The notes below the pieces were generated by a model, which did no database searches, was not told the DNA's origin, and saw only the letters and a list, made by a program, of their open reading frames with translations. 64,000 bases of DNA from the human T2T-CHM13v2.0 reference genome, Homo sapiens, in the NCBI RefSeq assembly GCF_009914755.1, contig NC_060931.1; one strand, given 5' to 3'. Below, one piece after another: positions 14,193 to 28,564 of this stretch. The position numbers and the translations under genes were made by a program. Positions within the stretch are counted from its first letter, which is position 1. The number at the start of each line of letters is the position of its first letter.

Positions 14193-14787
14193 CTATATCA
14201 TCCCCTCCAACCCAGAAACCCTAGAGAAGTTTGTGGGATCTTAAAGAAGAGAAGGCATGAGTGTCTTATTCCAAGTTGACAGAGTTTAAATCAGAAGTAA
14301 CTGAGTAGTCACTAATTAGATTGCATTTACTTGAAGTGACTCAATTAAGTTGTCTGCTGTTAGCTGGAATTGGGGGTTTAAGGTAGGAATTAAGTTCAGT
14401 TTACGGAAATTAAGATAGTTACACATCATACACACCTGGGTTTGTAGCTTATAAAATAGAATTTTCTATGTACACTCTGGATGCACTTGCAATTTTGTCC
14501 TGGAATGAACCAAACAGATGAAGTGAACAGACAGACCTTGGTGCCTCATGTAGTGTCAGGAGGTAGTTCATACACTTGGCCGAATTAAGACTCATGATGT
14601 ACGGCTGTGGGGGTGGGGGCGACAAAGCTTTTGAAATGGCATGCTGTGGCAAAATATGATCCACGTGAGTTTTCCTTGGCCTTTGGCACCATGGACTCTG
14701 GCCCCCTACCCCATGGCCTTGACTTCCCTGACCTGATTGTGCTTAGTGCTTCTCCTGCAGCTTGGCAACGTGCATCATGGTCTCAAC

Positions 14788-14900
14788 TAGTGCTACCGAC
14801 TCATCCCAGTTGGCTTGAGACTTTCTCAGTTTTAACAAAGAAATTCCCATGTCCCAGGAACCTCTTAGTTCTGGGCAAGCCAGTAGAGTTAGTCACTCTG
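14788..14900. mobile_element. MER81 (hAT-Blackjack)
   Basis: ctcatcccagttggcttgagactttctcagtttta...aattcccatgtcccaggaac...tctgggcaagccag...gttagtcactct. Confidence 0.7.
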
Positions 14901-15329
14901 TTCGTATCCCACTTGACTTAAGACCTCCACTGGGTGTTTTCTTTGCTTTTTCCACTGGTGCAGGTTGGTCCCGCATCTTTGGCAGGCTGGCAACCCCAGC
15001 TTACACTGTTGTTGGTTGGGGAGCCAGGGCAACTGGCTACGGAGAGTTGCTGTGAAAGAGTCAACTATTACTTTTTGTACATGTAAGATTTGTAGGAAGC
15101 ATGATTAGAAGTTATTTTTAGGCTGTGTTGAGTATTTCTTGCTGATTTGGAAATATCTAGTCACATGTAACTGACATAGTAATTTAATAAATTACCAACT
15201 GCAATTTATTAAAGCTTGGAAACATCTTGCTGTGGAGTGACTTCAATTAAGGAAAATCACTTTGAGTGGAATTTGAAAACTTGGCATGGTACTGGGGTAT
15301 TGGTTATTTCGAATAAATGGGTGATACCT

Positions 15330-15770
15330 GAAGGTGGAATCTTAAGAAAATTAATTCTGGCATATGTGGAATAAAATAGAGGGATTATGAGTATGGAGGC
15401 TCATGGGAGAACACATGTTAGTCTAGGATTGAGATGATAAAGGCACACTAGGGAGTTAATGGTCAGAATAAAAGGAAAATTTTTGAAAGATATTTTGAAG
15501 GAAGAACGGATGAAGTACTGAGCTGGGTAATTGAGAGAATGATGACATTATTAATGAAAAATAAGCCAGCCTAAATTTAGACAATTGCAATGAATTAAAC
15601 TTTAGGACTGGTAAGTGTCAGGAACTCAGATGATTTCAAACAGTTAAGGATTTGAGTTAAGGCCCAGGAGAAAGGTGTGGGCTGCATATGTTGATTTGTG
15701 AGCATCTTATCAAAGGTGATGGTTGAAGCACTGGAGTTGGTGTAGTATTCTTGCATCAGTAGGTAGGTGA
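15330..15770 (-). mobile_element. L2 fragment
   Basis: gtctaggattgagatgataaagg...gatattttgaaggaagaa...gatttgtgagcatc...gatggttgaagcactggag. Confidence 0.55.
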
Positions 15771-16074
15771 TCATCAGAAGCAGACAGCTGAGTTGAGTAA
15801 TGTCAATGGCCATAAATCTTTTGCTTGGTCCTTAATACATTTGGTGCTATGAAATTAACATTTATTCAGGATTTTATTGTGGTTCCTTCCATGCTATTTT
15901 AGCAGTGAAATTTCAGTGAACCAATTAGAACAGTGAACTTGATTGCACATGCTAATGAAGATCTTCTTAATTAACTTTTAATAATAAAAACTCCAAGTTC
16001 TCAAGAGCTAGTTTACTTCCATAATGATAAGGAAATTAGAGTTTGAGCATACCAATAGTAGTGTGATCCCTTGA

Positions 16075-16285
16075 TTTCTACAGCATTTATAATTTGCAAG
16101 GCATTTTATTATTTTATCAATGACCAAAACCCTTTGGGACAGTTGGCTTTCTCTCTAATTTATAGATAAGTAAACTGAGTCTCAGAGTGAGTGCGTTGCT
16201 TGCAAAGGCATGTAGTAACATCAGTCATAACCACGTCAGATTGTCTTTTAGTTCTTTGACCGATGAACTTTCCACAGTGCCATAA
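16075..16285 (-). mobile_element. MIR
   Basis: tttatagataagtaaactgagtctcagag...gcttgcaaagg. Confidence 0.55.
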
Positions 16286-17514
16286 TTGCTGGTTGCCACA
16301 CATTAACACTAGCGTAGTGGGAGGTTGCTCCAGTATTTCCCCAGCGCAGTGTAGATTTCAGAAGCTTTTGATGACATGCCTTCATTAATCAGAGAAAGAT
16401 AGACCCTCTATATATAGAAGTTTTGATGGATAAATATATCTGACATTGCTATAAGGCGTTAGTACCACAATTTTTAGATTCAGTCATCTTCACTGAGAAC
16501 CCAGGAATAAAATTAGGCTGATTGAGGGCAGAAGAAGGCTGAGCCAATTAAAGAAAACCCTGGGAAGCCAGGATTAAGTAGCACAAAGACAAAGATGAGT
16601 GAGCTGATGAAATTGCACCCCTAGCTGAAAAGCAGCACACTTGAAGGAAAACCATAGAATGTTCCGCTAACTTTTAGCAGTGGGAGTTACATAATCTAAT
16701 AATTAATTGTCTGTAGCTTCCAGATCTATTAGGGAGGTGTGGAACAGACTCCAGAGGCAAATCACTGGCTCCTGTGCAAGTCAGGAACATTGCCTTAGGC
16801 ACTCAGCTTCAAATTGGTAATGTTTACAAGTTGTTTTCCCCATAATTTTTTAACTCTGGGCATAATCTTTTTCCTCTTAATGGGTATTTTAAGTGTATCT
16901 TAAAGATTTTTCACCGGCTTTACACTTACGATTGGAAATTGTCTAGTTTGTCACTATACTTCTGAGTGTCAGAGTACACATCTTATTTTTGTTTTTTTTT
17001 CCCCCCTAAAAGACAATGTTCAAAATACAAGGTGATAGAATATCCCTGGCACACTGGAGAAAAACTGAGATCATGTGCAAACAGAAGGATACATCCTTTT
17101 AAAATAGTTTAAACTGCCATTAGAAATAGAAGGAAACCCATTTTATCTGGGTTACTTTGACAGATGTAACTCTCACAAAGGATGAATATCAACCACCAGC
17201 ACCCTCTTGTCTGACATTCTGACTTGAAAAGGAAGAGCCCCTGCAACCACATAGCATGGAGAGGAGATAGGAGAGAGGCTGTGAGTAGATGAAGGCTTTC
17301 AGTCATCAGGGGCCATAGGTTTCGTTTTGATGTACATAAAAGCTGACCAAGGACTTTGTGAAAACTTTGGGCTGCCTTCCTGACCACCTTGGTTTTTTTC
17401 CTTCACCCATAGATCAGCGTCATTGACAACTGCATTCTTTTCAAGTGGCAAAAAGAAGTTAAAAATAAAATTCTATTTTAGATGTACCTTTGATTTTCTT
17501 CAAAAACATTTCAG

Positions 17515-17706
17515 ATGACATGAAAGAGAAATACGTGATAAATTTTAGCAGAGACCTGGCAGAGTCTTCCTATAGTTTAATCAAAAATGGGCTCAGTTTC
17601 AAATATATTAAGTTGCCACAGGAGAATGGGAATGACTTTTGGGAACAGTTAATAGTTCCTGGAATTTTAATCCCCTTTTATCACAATACTGGGTAAAAGT
17701 TCCAAG
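17515..17706 (+). other. Candidate 192-nt exon (stop codon in every frame; non-coding, poison or last coding exon)
   Basis: Acceptor ttttcttcaaaaacatttcag|A and consensus donor AAG|GTAAGT; unique sequence. Confidence 0.2.
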
Positions 17707-18394
17707 GTAAGTAGGCAAATAATACTTAAAGGAATATTGCATGAAATCTAAGAGGTGACGTATTTAAAAGAAGTATCCTTGTACAGCTCGCCTTTCCTGT
17801 GATAGGTGCTGCATGTTTTTTTTTTTTTTTTTCTGGATAATTTGTCCTGGACTTTGTCCAGGACAGAAAACTTCGGTGTTTCTAAAGTTTATTTAGTCGG
17901 TCTCATCTCCTTAACAATGTCAGAAGAAACCTTTTAACTTGGAACTTGGTAAAAGTAATAGAAAATATTGTTTAAGATCTAAATGTAAGCATTTGGGGTG
18001 AATTCTTTAAAAAAGTCTGGCTATTTCCTAGATTTATAACTGCAAATACTGTACAATTAAAACCACCATGGTATTCCTCATGATTCTTCCTATTTGGGTA
18101 TTGATGAAGGCCTTAATCAACCATAGCTGTTTAGAATTTTGAGTGTAGATTGTAATTTGGGATATTTTCTACTGAGGTCCTGGATTTGCATTGTGTTCTG
18201 ATTTCTTACCCTATACTGCATTTTCCCCTATGGAAAAAGTACCTTCCTTGTATTGGAATTTTTTAAAAGATTGCAGTTATTTGTAATTTGTAATCCCCCA
18301 GTGTTTCTAGTTTATATCTTTAATGTTGAAATATGAAGAATATTTTATTCTATTTTCCAAACAGCTGGTAAGAGAATTCCTCTGAGAAAAAAAT

Positions 18395-18835
18395 ATCTGC
18401 CTGGACTCTCACAGTCGTCTCCTAATTTATCTTTCTGCTTCTGCTTTCCATGATTTAATTTTTTTTTGTACAGTATCCAGAGTGATCCTATTAAAAGTCA
18501 GATCACGTTACTCCTCTGCTCACAACCATCCAGTGGCTTCCCATCTTATCAGAACAAAATCTAGAAAAGTCATCCTCTTCCACGGTTCTATAAGTGATAT
18601 GCACCTCAAATCTTTCTGGCCTCATCTGTAAAAACCCTCTTCCTTGTTCATTCTACTCCACACTGGCCTTCTTGCTGGTTCTTGCATACAGCAAACACAG
18701 ACCTACTTCAGGGCTTTTGCATTTCCCTTTATCTCTTCTCCCAGAAATTTGCATTATTTGCCTCTCCTCCTTTCTTTCAGGTCTCTGCTCAGATGTCACT
18801 GCATCATTGAGACCTTCCTTGACCATCTGAAGTTA
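18395..18835 (+). mobile_element. L2a fragment
   Basis: ccagagtgatcct...aagtcagatcacgttactcctctgctcacaacc...cagtggcttcccat...cagggcttttgcatt...gaccttccttgacc. Confidence 0.85.
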
Positions 18836-21800
18836 AATAGGACCAGTACTTCAGGTGTATACAGAGTCCAGACCGTGAGATCTTTGATCTCAGAAATTAG
18901 GAGATACCCTTAGGGGATTAGGGCTTCCCAGGTTCTAGAATTGAGATGGTCGTTCTTTCTAGGTCTTAAAGGCCAGGGGACCCCAGCTAAAATTTGGGTA
19001 ACTTCAAAATACAAATACTTTCACTTAAGTTACACTGCTGTTTATCAACTATGTGTCTGTAGTTATTTAGTTTGTTAATTGTTACTCCACAAAACAAAGT
19101 ATATACTGAAAATTCATAAAGCCTATCTTTTTGCAAATGAAAATGTGATCTAATGGTCTCTTTGTGAATTCCTTCTGGGAAATGCTCCATTATTGTCATA
19201 GTTGGTTTATAGCCTTCCTTGGTGTTAAAAAGAGAAAAGATGTTTTCTCTTTCCATTATTGGGAGCTCTTTTCTTTCTGTTGTTTCTGTTCTTCCTGCCC
19301 TGTGGCTGCTCAGATTCTGTGTACAGCTGTTTCTATGAAGTAATCTGTGATCTCCTCACGTTGCTGCCTCTTTGTTGTTTTCACTACATGTAGACCACAG
19401 TGTCACAATAAGACAAGAGAATAAAATAAAATGTTTCCTATTTTATTAATGATTTAAAAGTCCAATGCCATTATTCAATGAAAAGCCCAAGTCAACAACA
19501 TTTTAGTGTAATTTAGTGAGAAGTGTTCTGGTCACTTGGCTCAACCATGCCTGCAAGCCAAGTTTCAGTGTTTCCTGACACTGAATCGCCTGAGTACCAT
19601 TGTGGTTATACATATGGTGGGATGACGTGGCCAGTTGAGGTATATGTATTAACATGCTGAAGAAAAGAGAGTAGTGGCACTTGCTTCGTGAGCCAAAAAA
19701 CTGCAATCACTTTTAAATATATGCCACAAGGCTGTGCTGGGATATGAAGGAAGGTAAGATAGAGCCTAGGTCTGTCTAGGGATTGGGCTGCTTCTGTTAT
19801 ATAACCACAGCAAGTCAGTTCAGGGATTTTAGCAAACCTTTGGGAATAGCAGGGACTGAGCTTTAGATGATGGCTCTGAACTGCTGGTTTCCAACCACTA
19901 GGGTGCTCTACCTGTGTCAGATTTTCCTGGATCCCATGCATTTCCCCAGTCCATGGTAAGGGAATCACTGGGTATCTGCTTGTCATTCCCCAATACACAG
20001 CATTCTACCACATTCTGACTTAGAATTTCCTTACCACTATTTTCCCCCCACTAGCCTCTGAGGGGCTTTCTGAACATATAGCCCAACTCCTTGTATATGT
20101 AAGGCATTTGTTACACTTTGATGGAGAAATGAGATTGTGTGACTTAACAACTATTATATTTTCTTTTCATTAATCCTTGTACTATATTTGCATGAGTAGA
20201 ATTTTGTAAGGTTGTAAGCTCTAGGTTACTGGAAGAAACAGGAGTCCGATTGATTTGTTCTGAGAAAAATGACTGGATAACAAAGCTAGGCATATAGAGT
20301 TGAATTTAAATCCTTGAGATGATCTAACCTGATAATGTAACATCATCCATCTGTAATATTTTCTCAGTCAATTTTTCTGGTATTCTTCATTTTCTTTTTG
20401 AGAAAGTGAAGCATATATTTATAGCATTATAGCATATATTTATGCCATTCTCTATTCTTAAGGAATAGAGACAGTATTATTTTCTCTTCAATCTGTATTT
20501 CATAGTGACATCAAAGTAAAATTCTACTTAAATTGTGTGCTAATCATAGCTTTTTATGTTTTCCCTTTTCTGCCTTCTACTTTTTTCTACTATATCTCCA
20601 CTTCAGGTGCTTCTCTCACATTTTCCTTAAATGTTTCTGTCAGTTCCTTAGTCTCTACAATTCAAGAGATTTCTATGAATCTCTTGGTCTATTATGTACC
20701 TTTAGAATGGAAGGGTCTTACTAGAAAAAAAATATTTTTATCTGCATCACATTTGTTGACAGAAAGAGACCTTCATGCTCTGTTGTTAGGTGCATAAACT
20801 AGCACAAAACAATAGATACTGAGTGCTCTACTTCTGGAAAAACAAATATTTTGTTTTAGCTATTTGCATATGAAAAGATGTGGAAGGTTACTTATCAAAA
20901 TATTAACTGATTGTTTGAGAATGTTTAGAGTCTTGTTGATTGCAGTTTTCCTTCTTTCTTTTTTCCCCACTATTTCATGCATTCATTCACATAGTCATTC
21001 TTTTTCTGTGCATTTTTATTTTCTGATTTTCTGTATTACTAGTGTAAAAGCAAACACTAATTGGGAAAATATACAGGAAAAAATGTTCGATGGATGTAAA
21101 GAAATAATTGTGAACGTTTATAGCACCAATGGTGCTACGAAACTATTCTTGACTTCCTTTTCTTTGGTTCTAAGGACTAAAGCATAATCCCTACTTCTTT
21201 GGAGCTTTGGAGGGCTTGGATTGTGTCTTCCTCTTAGAGTTAGAATGATCCATGTTTTGCCAAAGTGTTCAAGAAAGGGCCCCATGTTGGATGTCCCTTA
21301 CAGCTTTACCTGGGCATGGAGAAGGCCCAGTCACACAGTGATGACTTGTAGCCTCTGGACAAATGTCATAGAATGGCTGTGCTCCTTCCAAATTCCACTC
21401 AGAGTGGGGACAGCTCTACTGCTTGCTGAGCAGTCTCCATTCAGAAGTGTTTCCCTTAAATAATATGGCAAAAGCCAAAAGGTAAGATTGGGGAAGAAAA
21501 CGTGGACCTAGGCTAAGATCATCTCCTCTCCCCCACTGCCACCTACATGTTTGTTTTGTTTACTTGAATGAAACATGGAGCTGTTTTAAATGTCTGTGTA
21601 ACACAGTGGTATCAATAAAATGCAGCTTAGTTAAAAAATTTATTTTATTTTTCTATCTGTGATTACGTTAAGCTTCCGTGAAAATGGAATGCACCAGTTT
21701 CACAGCAGGAGAAGATAGATACAGCAAGATTAGGGAGGCAAGATGTTCAGGATTAGAAGGATCTGTATGGCTGAAAGTGAGGTAATGATAATGATTATGT

Positions 21801-22382
21801 GATAATAGTACTGTTGTGCTGTTTTGTGAGGCAGTAATCCAGCTCCCAAAGCAGATAAACTATGGGGGAGAAGGCTGAGTTTATCCCATGGAGGGGAATA
21901 GACTGTTGCTGAATAGCCCAGCATGACAGTAAGGCTCTTTCTTTTTTGAGGCAAGAGCTCAAAAGTAAGTTTTTAAAATAAAACGAGTAACTTCCCAAAT
22001 ACGAACAAGTGAACAGCTGAGCAAGGGTAAAAGAAAATCCAATAGTGCAGGAGGGTGAGGGGTTGGAGGGATGGGGATGGGATTCTTTTTATGCAACAAA
22101 AACTGGAGTTCTAGTCATATGAGAAAAAAATTTCAGGGCCAAACACAAAAACAAAACCCCCCTACTATGCAAATTGGCAGCTGAAATGAAGTGGTATTTT
22201 CTAGAAAAGTATTAAACTACTGCAAAATGCAAACAGATTTCCATTCATCTCATTTTAAATCACTATTTGTTCATTTCTTGAAAACTTGCTTCATGGAAGG
22301 GACTGTAATTATAACAGACAAATGGCATATTGTCCTTGACTTCTCTGAGCTTACAGATTGGTATTGCTTAGTAAGATGTTGC

Positions 22383-22854
<472 letters not shown>

Positions 22855-22863
22855 CTAATCTGC

Positions 22864-22864
22864 C

Positions 22865-22916
<52 letters not shown>
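22864..22916. repeat. (TCTA)n / GATA tetranucleotide microsatellite, ~13 units
   Basis: Direct reading of an uninterrupted tcta array. Confidence 0.95.
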
Positions 22917-22917
<1 letters not shown>

Positions 22918-23355
22918 TGATGCATTCCAAGCTTATTCAGTTCTAGAAAATGGAGGAGGGATGGAACTCAGTCCTCAGTTCATACTGATGTGACTTCTCC
23001 TGGGCTCCTTGCTTAGGCATGTGGGGCCAATTTGATTTGGATGACTCCACTGGCAGCTGGTTTCACTCTAGGACAGCTGGGAAAATTTTGCTTCATCTCC
23101 CAAAGGTTTACTGCTTAGTACTAATTCTTTCTCCCTTGCAGGCTGCCAGCAGGCATCCCCTTGTGGTATCGTCACATCAGAGGCTATGCTATCAAATGGG
23201 TTCATATGTCTTCCAACCTGTAGAATTGCAACCCCTGACTTTTGTATGTATCTGGAAGCTCTTAGACACCCCAAGGGATGGGGCCACTTCTAACACTGAG
23301 ACCTCCTCTTCTCCTCCATCTTCAAACAAAAACTCTAGCTCAGTAGCCTCATGGG

Positions 23356-23407
23356 CTGTAGTCCCAGCTACTCAGGAGGCTGAGGCGGGAGAATGGCATG
23401 AACCCGG
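23356..23407 (+). mobile_element. 52-bp internal AluY right-arm fragment, no tail, no TSD
   Basis: ctgtagtcccagctactcaggaggctgaggcgggagaatggcatgaacccgg flanked by non-Alu sequence. Confidence 0.9.
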
Positions 23408-23854
23408 ACTTTGACCTCCCAATGCAAAGGCCCATTTAGCCTCTGGGGGAGCCCACCAAGATAGAACTTCTTTTCAACTTAATCACTCAAAAAGGCTAAC
23501 TTCAAGGACACTGAGATTACCTTCAATGTTACTTTCTGGGAGATGTGAGAATGAGAAACAATAGCTTTCATTTCTCTTCATTGAAGCTAAATTTGAGAAG
23601 AATAAGATTAAGTTAAATTCTCAGGAGCTTATTCTGCCACCCTGAATTCTCCACAAAGTCCCTCCTGTACTTAAGAAGAGGGAGTTTTGTGCTCGTTTGT
23701 TCACCATTGAATCCCTAACATTCAGCAAACCTCTTGGCTCAGGAGGCCTGATATATATTTTTGAAATAATAGTGAATGAATCAGGCTTAATGTTTCCAGA
23801 AGTTAGTTACCATGACTGGATCAGTCATTGCTTATATCTGGGAACACTGAAGAG

Positions 23855-25500
23855 CATTAATTCACAGATAATCACTGAGTCTATGTACCAGGTGCTTATC
23901 TGGGCACTTGGAATCTGTCACTGAACACAAGGGCAAAGACCCTTGCCTTCATGGAGCTTTCATTCTAGCCAAGGAGACAATAATCAATGAATTTATTGAA
24001 AAAGTAAGTTATCTAGTATGCTAGGAAATAGATATTATGGGAAAAAGAAGGGTTGAGCAGGGTAAGGGAGATACAGAGTAAGGAGCAGTTTGCATTATGA
24101 AGTAGGTGGTTGGCCTCATTAGATAAGACAGTGAACAGAGACTTAGAGGTGGAAGGGAGTAAAGTGGAATTTAGGGCAAGAGCACTCTCTGGGCAGAGGA
24201 AACAGCTACAGCAAAGGTTGGAAGTCTGCTTGGCATTTTTACTTTAGTAAAATACACATAACAAAGTTTACAATTTTAACCATTTTTAGTGTACGATTCA
24301 TTGGCATTTCGTAAATTCACAGTGTGCAGACATGACTACTGCCTAGTTCCAGAACATTTTTATCACCCCAAAGGAGAACCCATATTCACTAAATAGTCAC
24401 CCCCCCATTCCCACCTTCCTCAGACTCCCGGAAATTCCTAATCTTCTTTCTACTTCTGTGGATGTCTTTGGCATTTTGGGGAGGTGAAGAGGCTCATGTG
24501 GGCTGGAGTCTAGTAAGTGAAGGGGAGTTTCGTAGGGGAGAAAGTCAGTGAAGTAATGGGGGCTGAGCCGGATCCCTGGTAAGCCACTGTAAGAACTATG
24601 ACTTTTACTCTGAACAAAATGGAGAACATTCCAGAGTTTTATACCGAGGGGCAAAACTCTATGCAAGAGTAGGTCGTATGTGTGAGACAGGGTGAGAGGC
24701 AGATTGACTAGGAGGTTATCAGTGTAATCCAGGTGAGAGGAGATAATGGCTCAGAACAGGGTAGCAAGAGTGAGAGTGCTAGAAGGAATTGAATTTTAGT
24801 AAGATTTTGAATCTAGGACCAAGAGAATTTGCTGTAGGCTTGGATTTGGGATGAGACAGAAAGGAGTTAAGGATTCTCCAGTTGTTCTAACCTGAGCAAC
24901 TGGAAGGATGTAGTTGCCATTAACTGAGACAGGGAAGCTATGGCTGGAGCAGGCTTGCAGGGGAATATAGGGAATGCTGTTTTGGGCAGGTTGAGTTTGA
25001 GATGTCTGGTCATCTGAATAAAGGTGTCAAGCAGTTAGTGGGATATGTCTGTCTGGAGTTCTAGAAAGAGTTCTGTTGTGGAGAAAAAACAACTTGGGAG
25101 TCATTAGCATAGAGATGGTATTTAAAGCTATGAGAATGGGGGAAATCGCTGAGGGATTGAGTGTGAACTGATAATGAGAAGAGGCCACGTGGTGAGCACT
25201 GGGGCATATTCTCCTTTAGTGGTGAGGGGCACAGAAAAAAACTATAAAAGAAAGAATTGAAGTAGGAGAAAAATCATGGGTGTGTAGTGTTTTGGAAGCC
25301 ATGTAATGAAAGTAAACCAAGGAGGAGAGGTCAACTGAATGAGATGCTGCTGAAGTGATGGACAGTTGGCTTTAGCAGATTGTGGTTGGATCAAAAGTCA
25401 TATGGGAATGGGTTTAAGGGAAAATGAAAAGAGGAGAATTGGGAACAGTGAGTAGGGACAAATATTTGGAAGACTTTCTCATAAAAGCTGAAAAAAATGA
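23855..25500 (-). mobile_element. L2a, long fragment interrupted by L1MB
   Basis: cactgagtctatgtaccaggtg...ccttgccttcatggagctttcattctag...gtaatccaggtgagag...cctgagcaactggaaggatgtagttgccattaactgaga. Confidence 0.85.
24236..24467 (-). mobile_element. L1MB 3' end
   Basis: gtaaaatacacataacaaagtttacaattttaaccattttt...ttccagaacatttttatcaccccaaagg; possible TSD ttggcatttt at 24230 and 24468. Confidence 0.8.
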
Positions 25501-27112
25501 GGGCAGTACCCCCTTCTTCGGTGCCTCACCTTCACTAGAAAGCTCCATATTTCTTAATTATTCTAACAAATAATTATAGTTAATTCTGGTGAGTGATGCA
25601 TTTCTTTGCAAAATATTGTCTCAGTTTCTTCCTCACAGTTTCTCAGGATGCTCTTTGTCATCATTTAAAAAGAATAATAAACTAATGAGCAAGATAAGGA
25701 GAGAAAAGAAACAGATCTGAGAGAAGATTCTCTTTCTGGAACACTAATAATAAGCTTAATATTTTACAAAATAAAACACTTTTAAAAACTATCCTGTAAA
25801 GGTCTTATTTATGTACTTTTTATAGGTTAGCTTATAACTGTTTCTATAAAAACTAAGAAAATGTGGAAAATTTTGAAGTCATGGGGAGAATATCTGAATA
25901 GCTTTTCCTCCTAGTTTCTTGGAAAAACAGGAAATTATATGCAAGACTCATTTTAAGGCCTTTACAGTGTTTAATTTACTTAAGTACATAAAAATGTATT
26001 ATGTATAACTTATTAAATGTATTATGTATAACTAATAAAGTCGTGTCTGGGATAATTAAATTTTAAAAATATGGTAGATTAAGAAAGCAATTGCAGATTT
26101 ACTAATTGAATTTGCTATTTGATGTTTTTAATTTTTTAAATCACAAATAGGGTTCTAAAGTTGTTGCAGTGAAATGAATTTAACATTTCTTATATGCTCA
26201 ATTAATTGGGAAGCAGGCAAACACCTGAACAACCATCATACTAGTATTGCACATAAATAGATCCTGTTTTAGCTAGTTTTATGCTCGTATGACATTAAAA
26301 AATTTTAGAGACAAGTTTTCTGGAAAAGTAGCTGTATCATAAAGGGGAGAAAGCCCTTGAATGTATTGAACATGGTGGGCATGAAACTTGGTGGAATTGT
26401 TGGCAGTTTTTGAGGTGTCACTTTCCACAGTCTCTTCAGGCACATTGGTTCATGTCTCATTCCTTCTCGCATGCTACTCTACTATTTCATTTGATCATTG
26501 TTTTACAATTTCCGAATGAAAATCAGCTTTTTTCATGCACTACATGAGAGGGAGGAGGCTAAAATGCAATAAATGGTCTTAGAGGATTGGTCTGTAAAAG
26601 TCTTCTCACCAAGGCTGTGGGAAGGAACGTTTCCTCCAAGAACTATTTGGCTTATTTATCTACTATGTGCCAAGTATTATGCTAAATTCTGTGGTGCAAA
26701 GATGAGAGCTAGATTCATTCATTCAGCGATTTATTCATTCAATCAACATTTATGCAAAATCATTTGGATTATTCAAAAAATATATAAAGACAGTCATTAT
26801 CCTGCAACAATTGAAAATAGAGTTAAAGCTTATTTTTGCTTTGTAATTTAATCAAATAAACAGCTATGCTACTTGCTCTAACTTACTTTTCTGGCTTTTT
26901 AAGTCTTGAGTTCAAACTACTTTCAGCTGGAATCTTAGGGATACAGTTGAGGACAGTGCCATTATACCAGTTTTCCCAAAGCTCATAAAAAAATCCTAAT
27001 TAATCTTTAACTTATATTCTTTACATTTTCATATTTTGGTATATATTTTCTTAAAACAAGAAAAATTTAGTGAATTCTTAAATAAAATAATATTTTCATA
27101 AAATCTTTCTTC

Positions 27113-27470
<358 letters not shown>

Positions 27471-28564
27471 TTATTTCCTAACGTTCCTTCAAGTGAGCAA
27501 ATCTGTCAGAGTTTGCTGCTCCCCACAGGCACCTACCATTCTACCCCCAAATTAACTCTTTCTTATCAATGAAAGGTATTTCCATTTTTTTCTGGGAGAG
27601 AACACCAATTAAATAGTTAGGTAATTTGGTACCTAATGTCTTTAACATTTCTTATTAATACCTTATGAATTATAATATTATAATCTTCCTTTTAATTAAT
27701 AGGTTATACTCCCCTGCAGGTGGAACACTTAGATGAGAAGTTGTAAATATCTTTAAAATAAGGGTTTAATTAATTATAAATATGCCTGCTAATTTTAGGC
27801 AGGATTCTACTCTAGGAACTGGAAAAGAAACCAAGAAAATAAATGTCTTTTCAGCTGTGAAGTAAATAACCATCTAGTGAGAGCAACAGAGTGAGCCCCA
27901 CATTATTCAGGTGGAATTGGATTAAAAAGCTCTGCCAGTGAGATAAAAACAATGGGATCAGTGGTGGACTATTGAAATAGGAAGGAAAACCATACCTTAT
28001 TTAGATATGATACTCGTATAAAGATGTTGAAATGCTTTTATTTCTCTGCATTGTCATATGATTCAAGTTGGGATGGGCCCATGTAAGATAGATGAAGCAG
28101 AAGAGCAAACAGCATTGGGTTTAGAGGCAACATCTAAAACAATGTGATTATTTTGCCCCTCACAGAAATTAGTGTCTCAGTAAAAGTAAATACATTTCCT
28201 GGGCAACCAGAAACATATGTTGCATGTTCTTTCCAGTACAGTATGAATCCTCAGTAAGACAAAAAGAGAATGGTTCTCACTAAGCAAACCTTCCAACTTT
28301 TATGTCCCTGAGCCTTCAGTTGCTGTTGTTGGTTGTTAACATCTGGCTTTCCATCATCCCACTTTTCTCACTCATAGTTGTGGGCTTACTGTGGGTATTC
28401 CTTGGTAGTCTATCACCAACATGAGGGCAAGATTAGTAGATCAAAATCTTGTATGTTTACCACTTAGCTGAGAGCCTTACACATAGTCACTGCTCAATAA
28501 ATATTTTTTAGCAAATGAGTTACCACGCAAATCTCAAAGCCTTTCTTGTATTAAATTCTAGAGT

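Noticed and set aside
21040-21187. Peptide-like stretch VKANTNWENIQEKMFDGCKEIIVNVYSTNG after a pyrimidine-rich tract
   Set aside because: No strong downstream donor and no recognisable homology.
25992-26033. Small tandem duplications (also ~20410, ~48330, ~49906, ~56687)
   Set aside because: Ordinary slippage duplications in AT-rich DNA.
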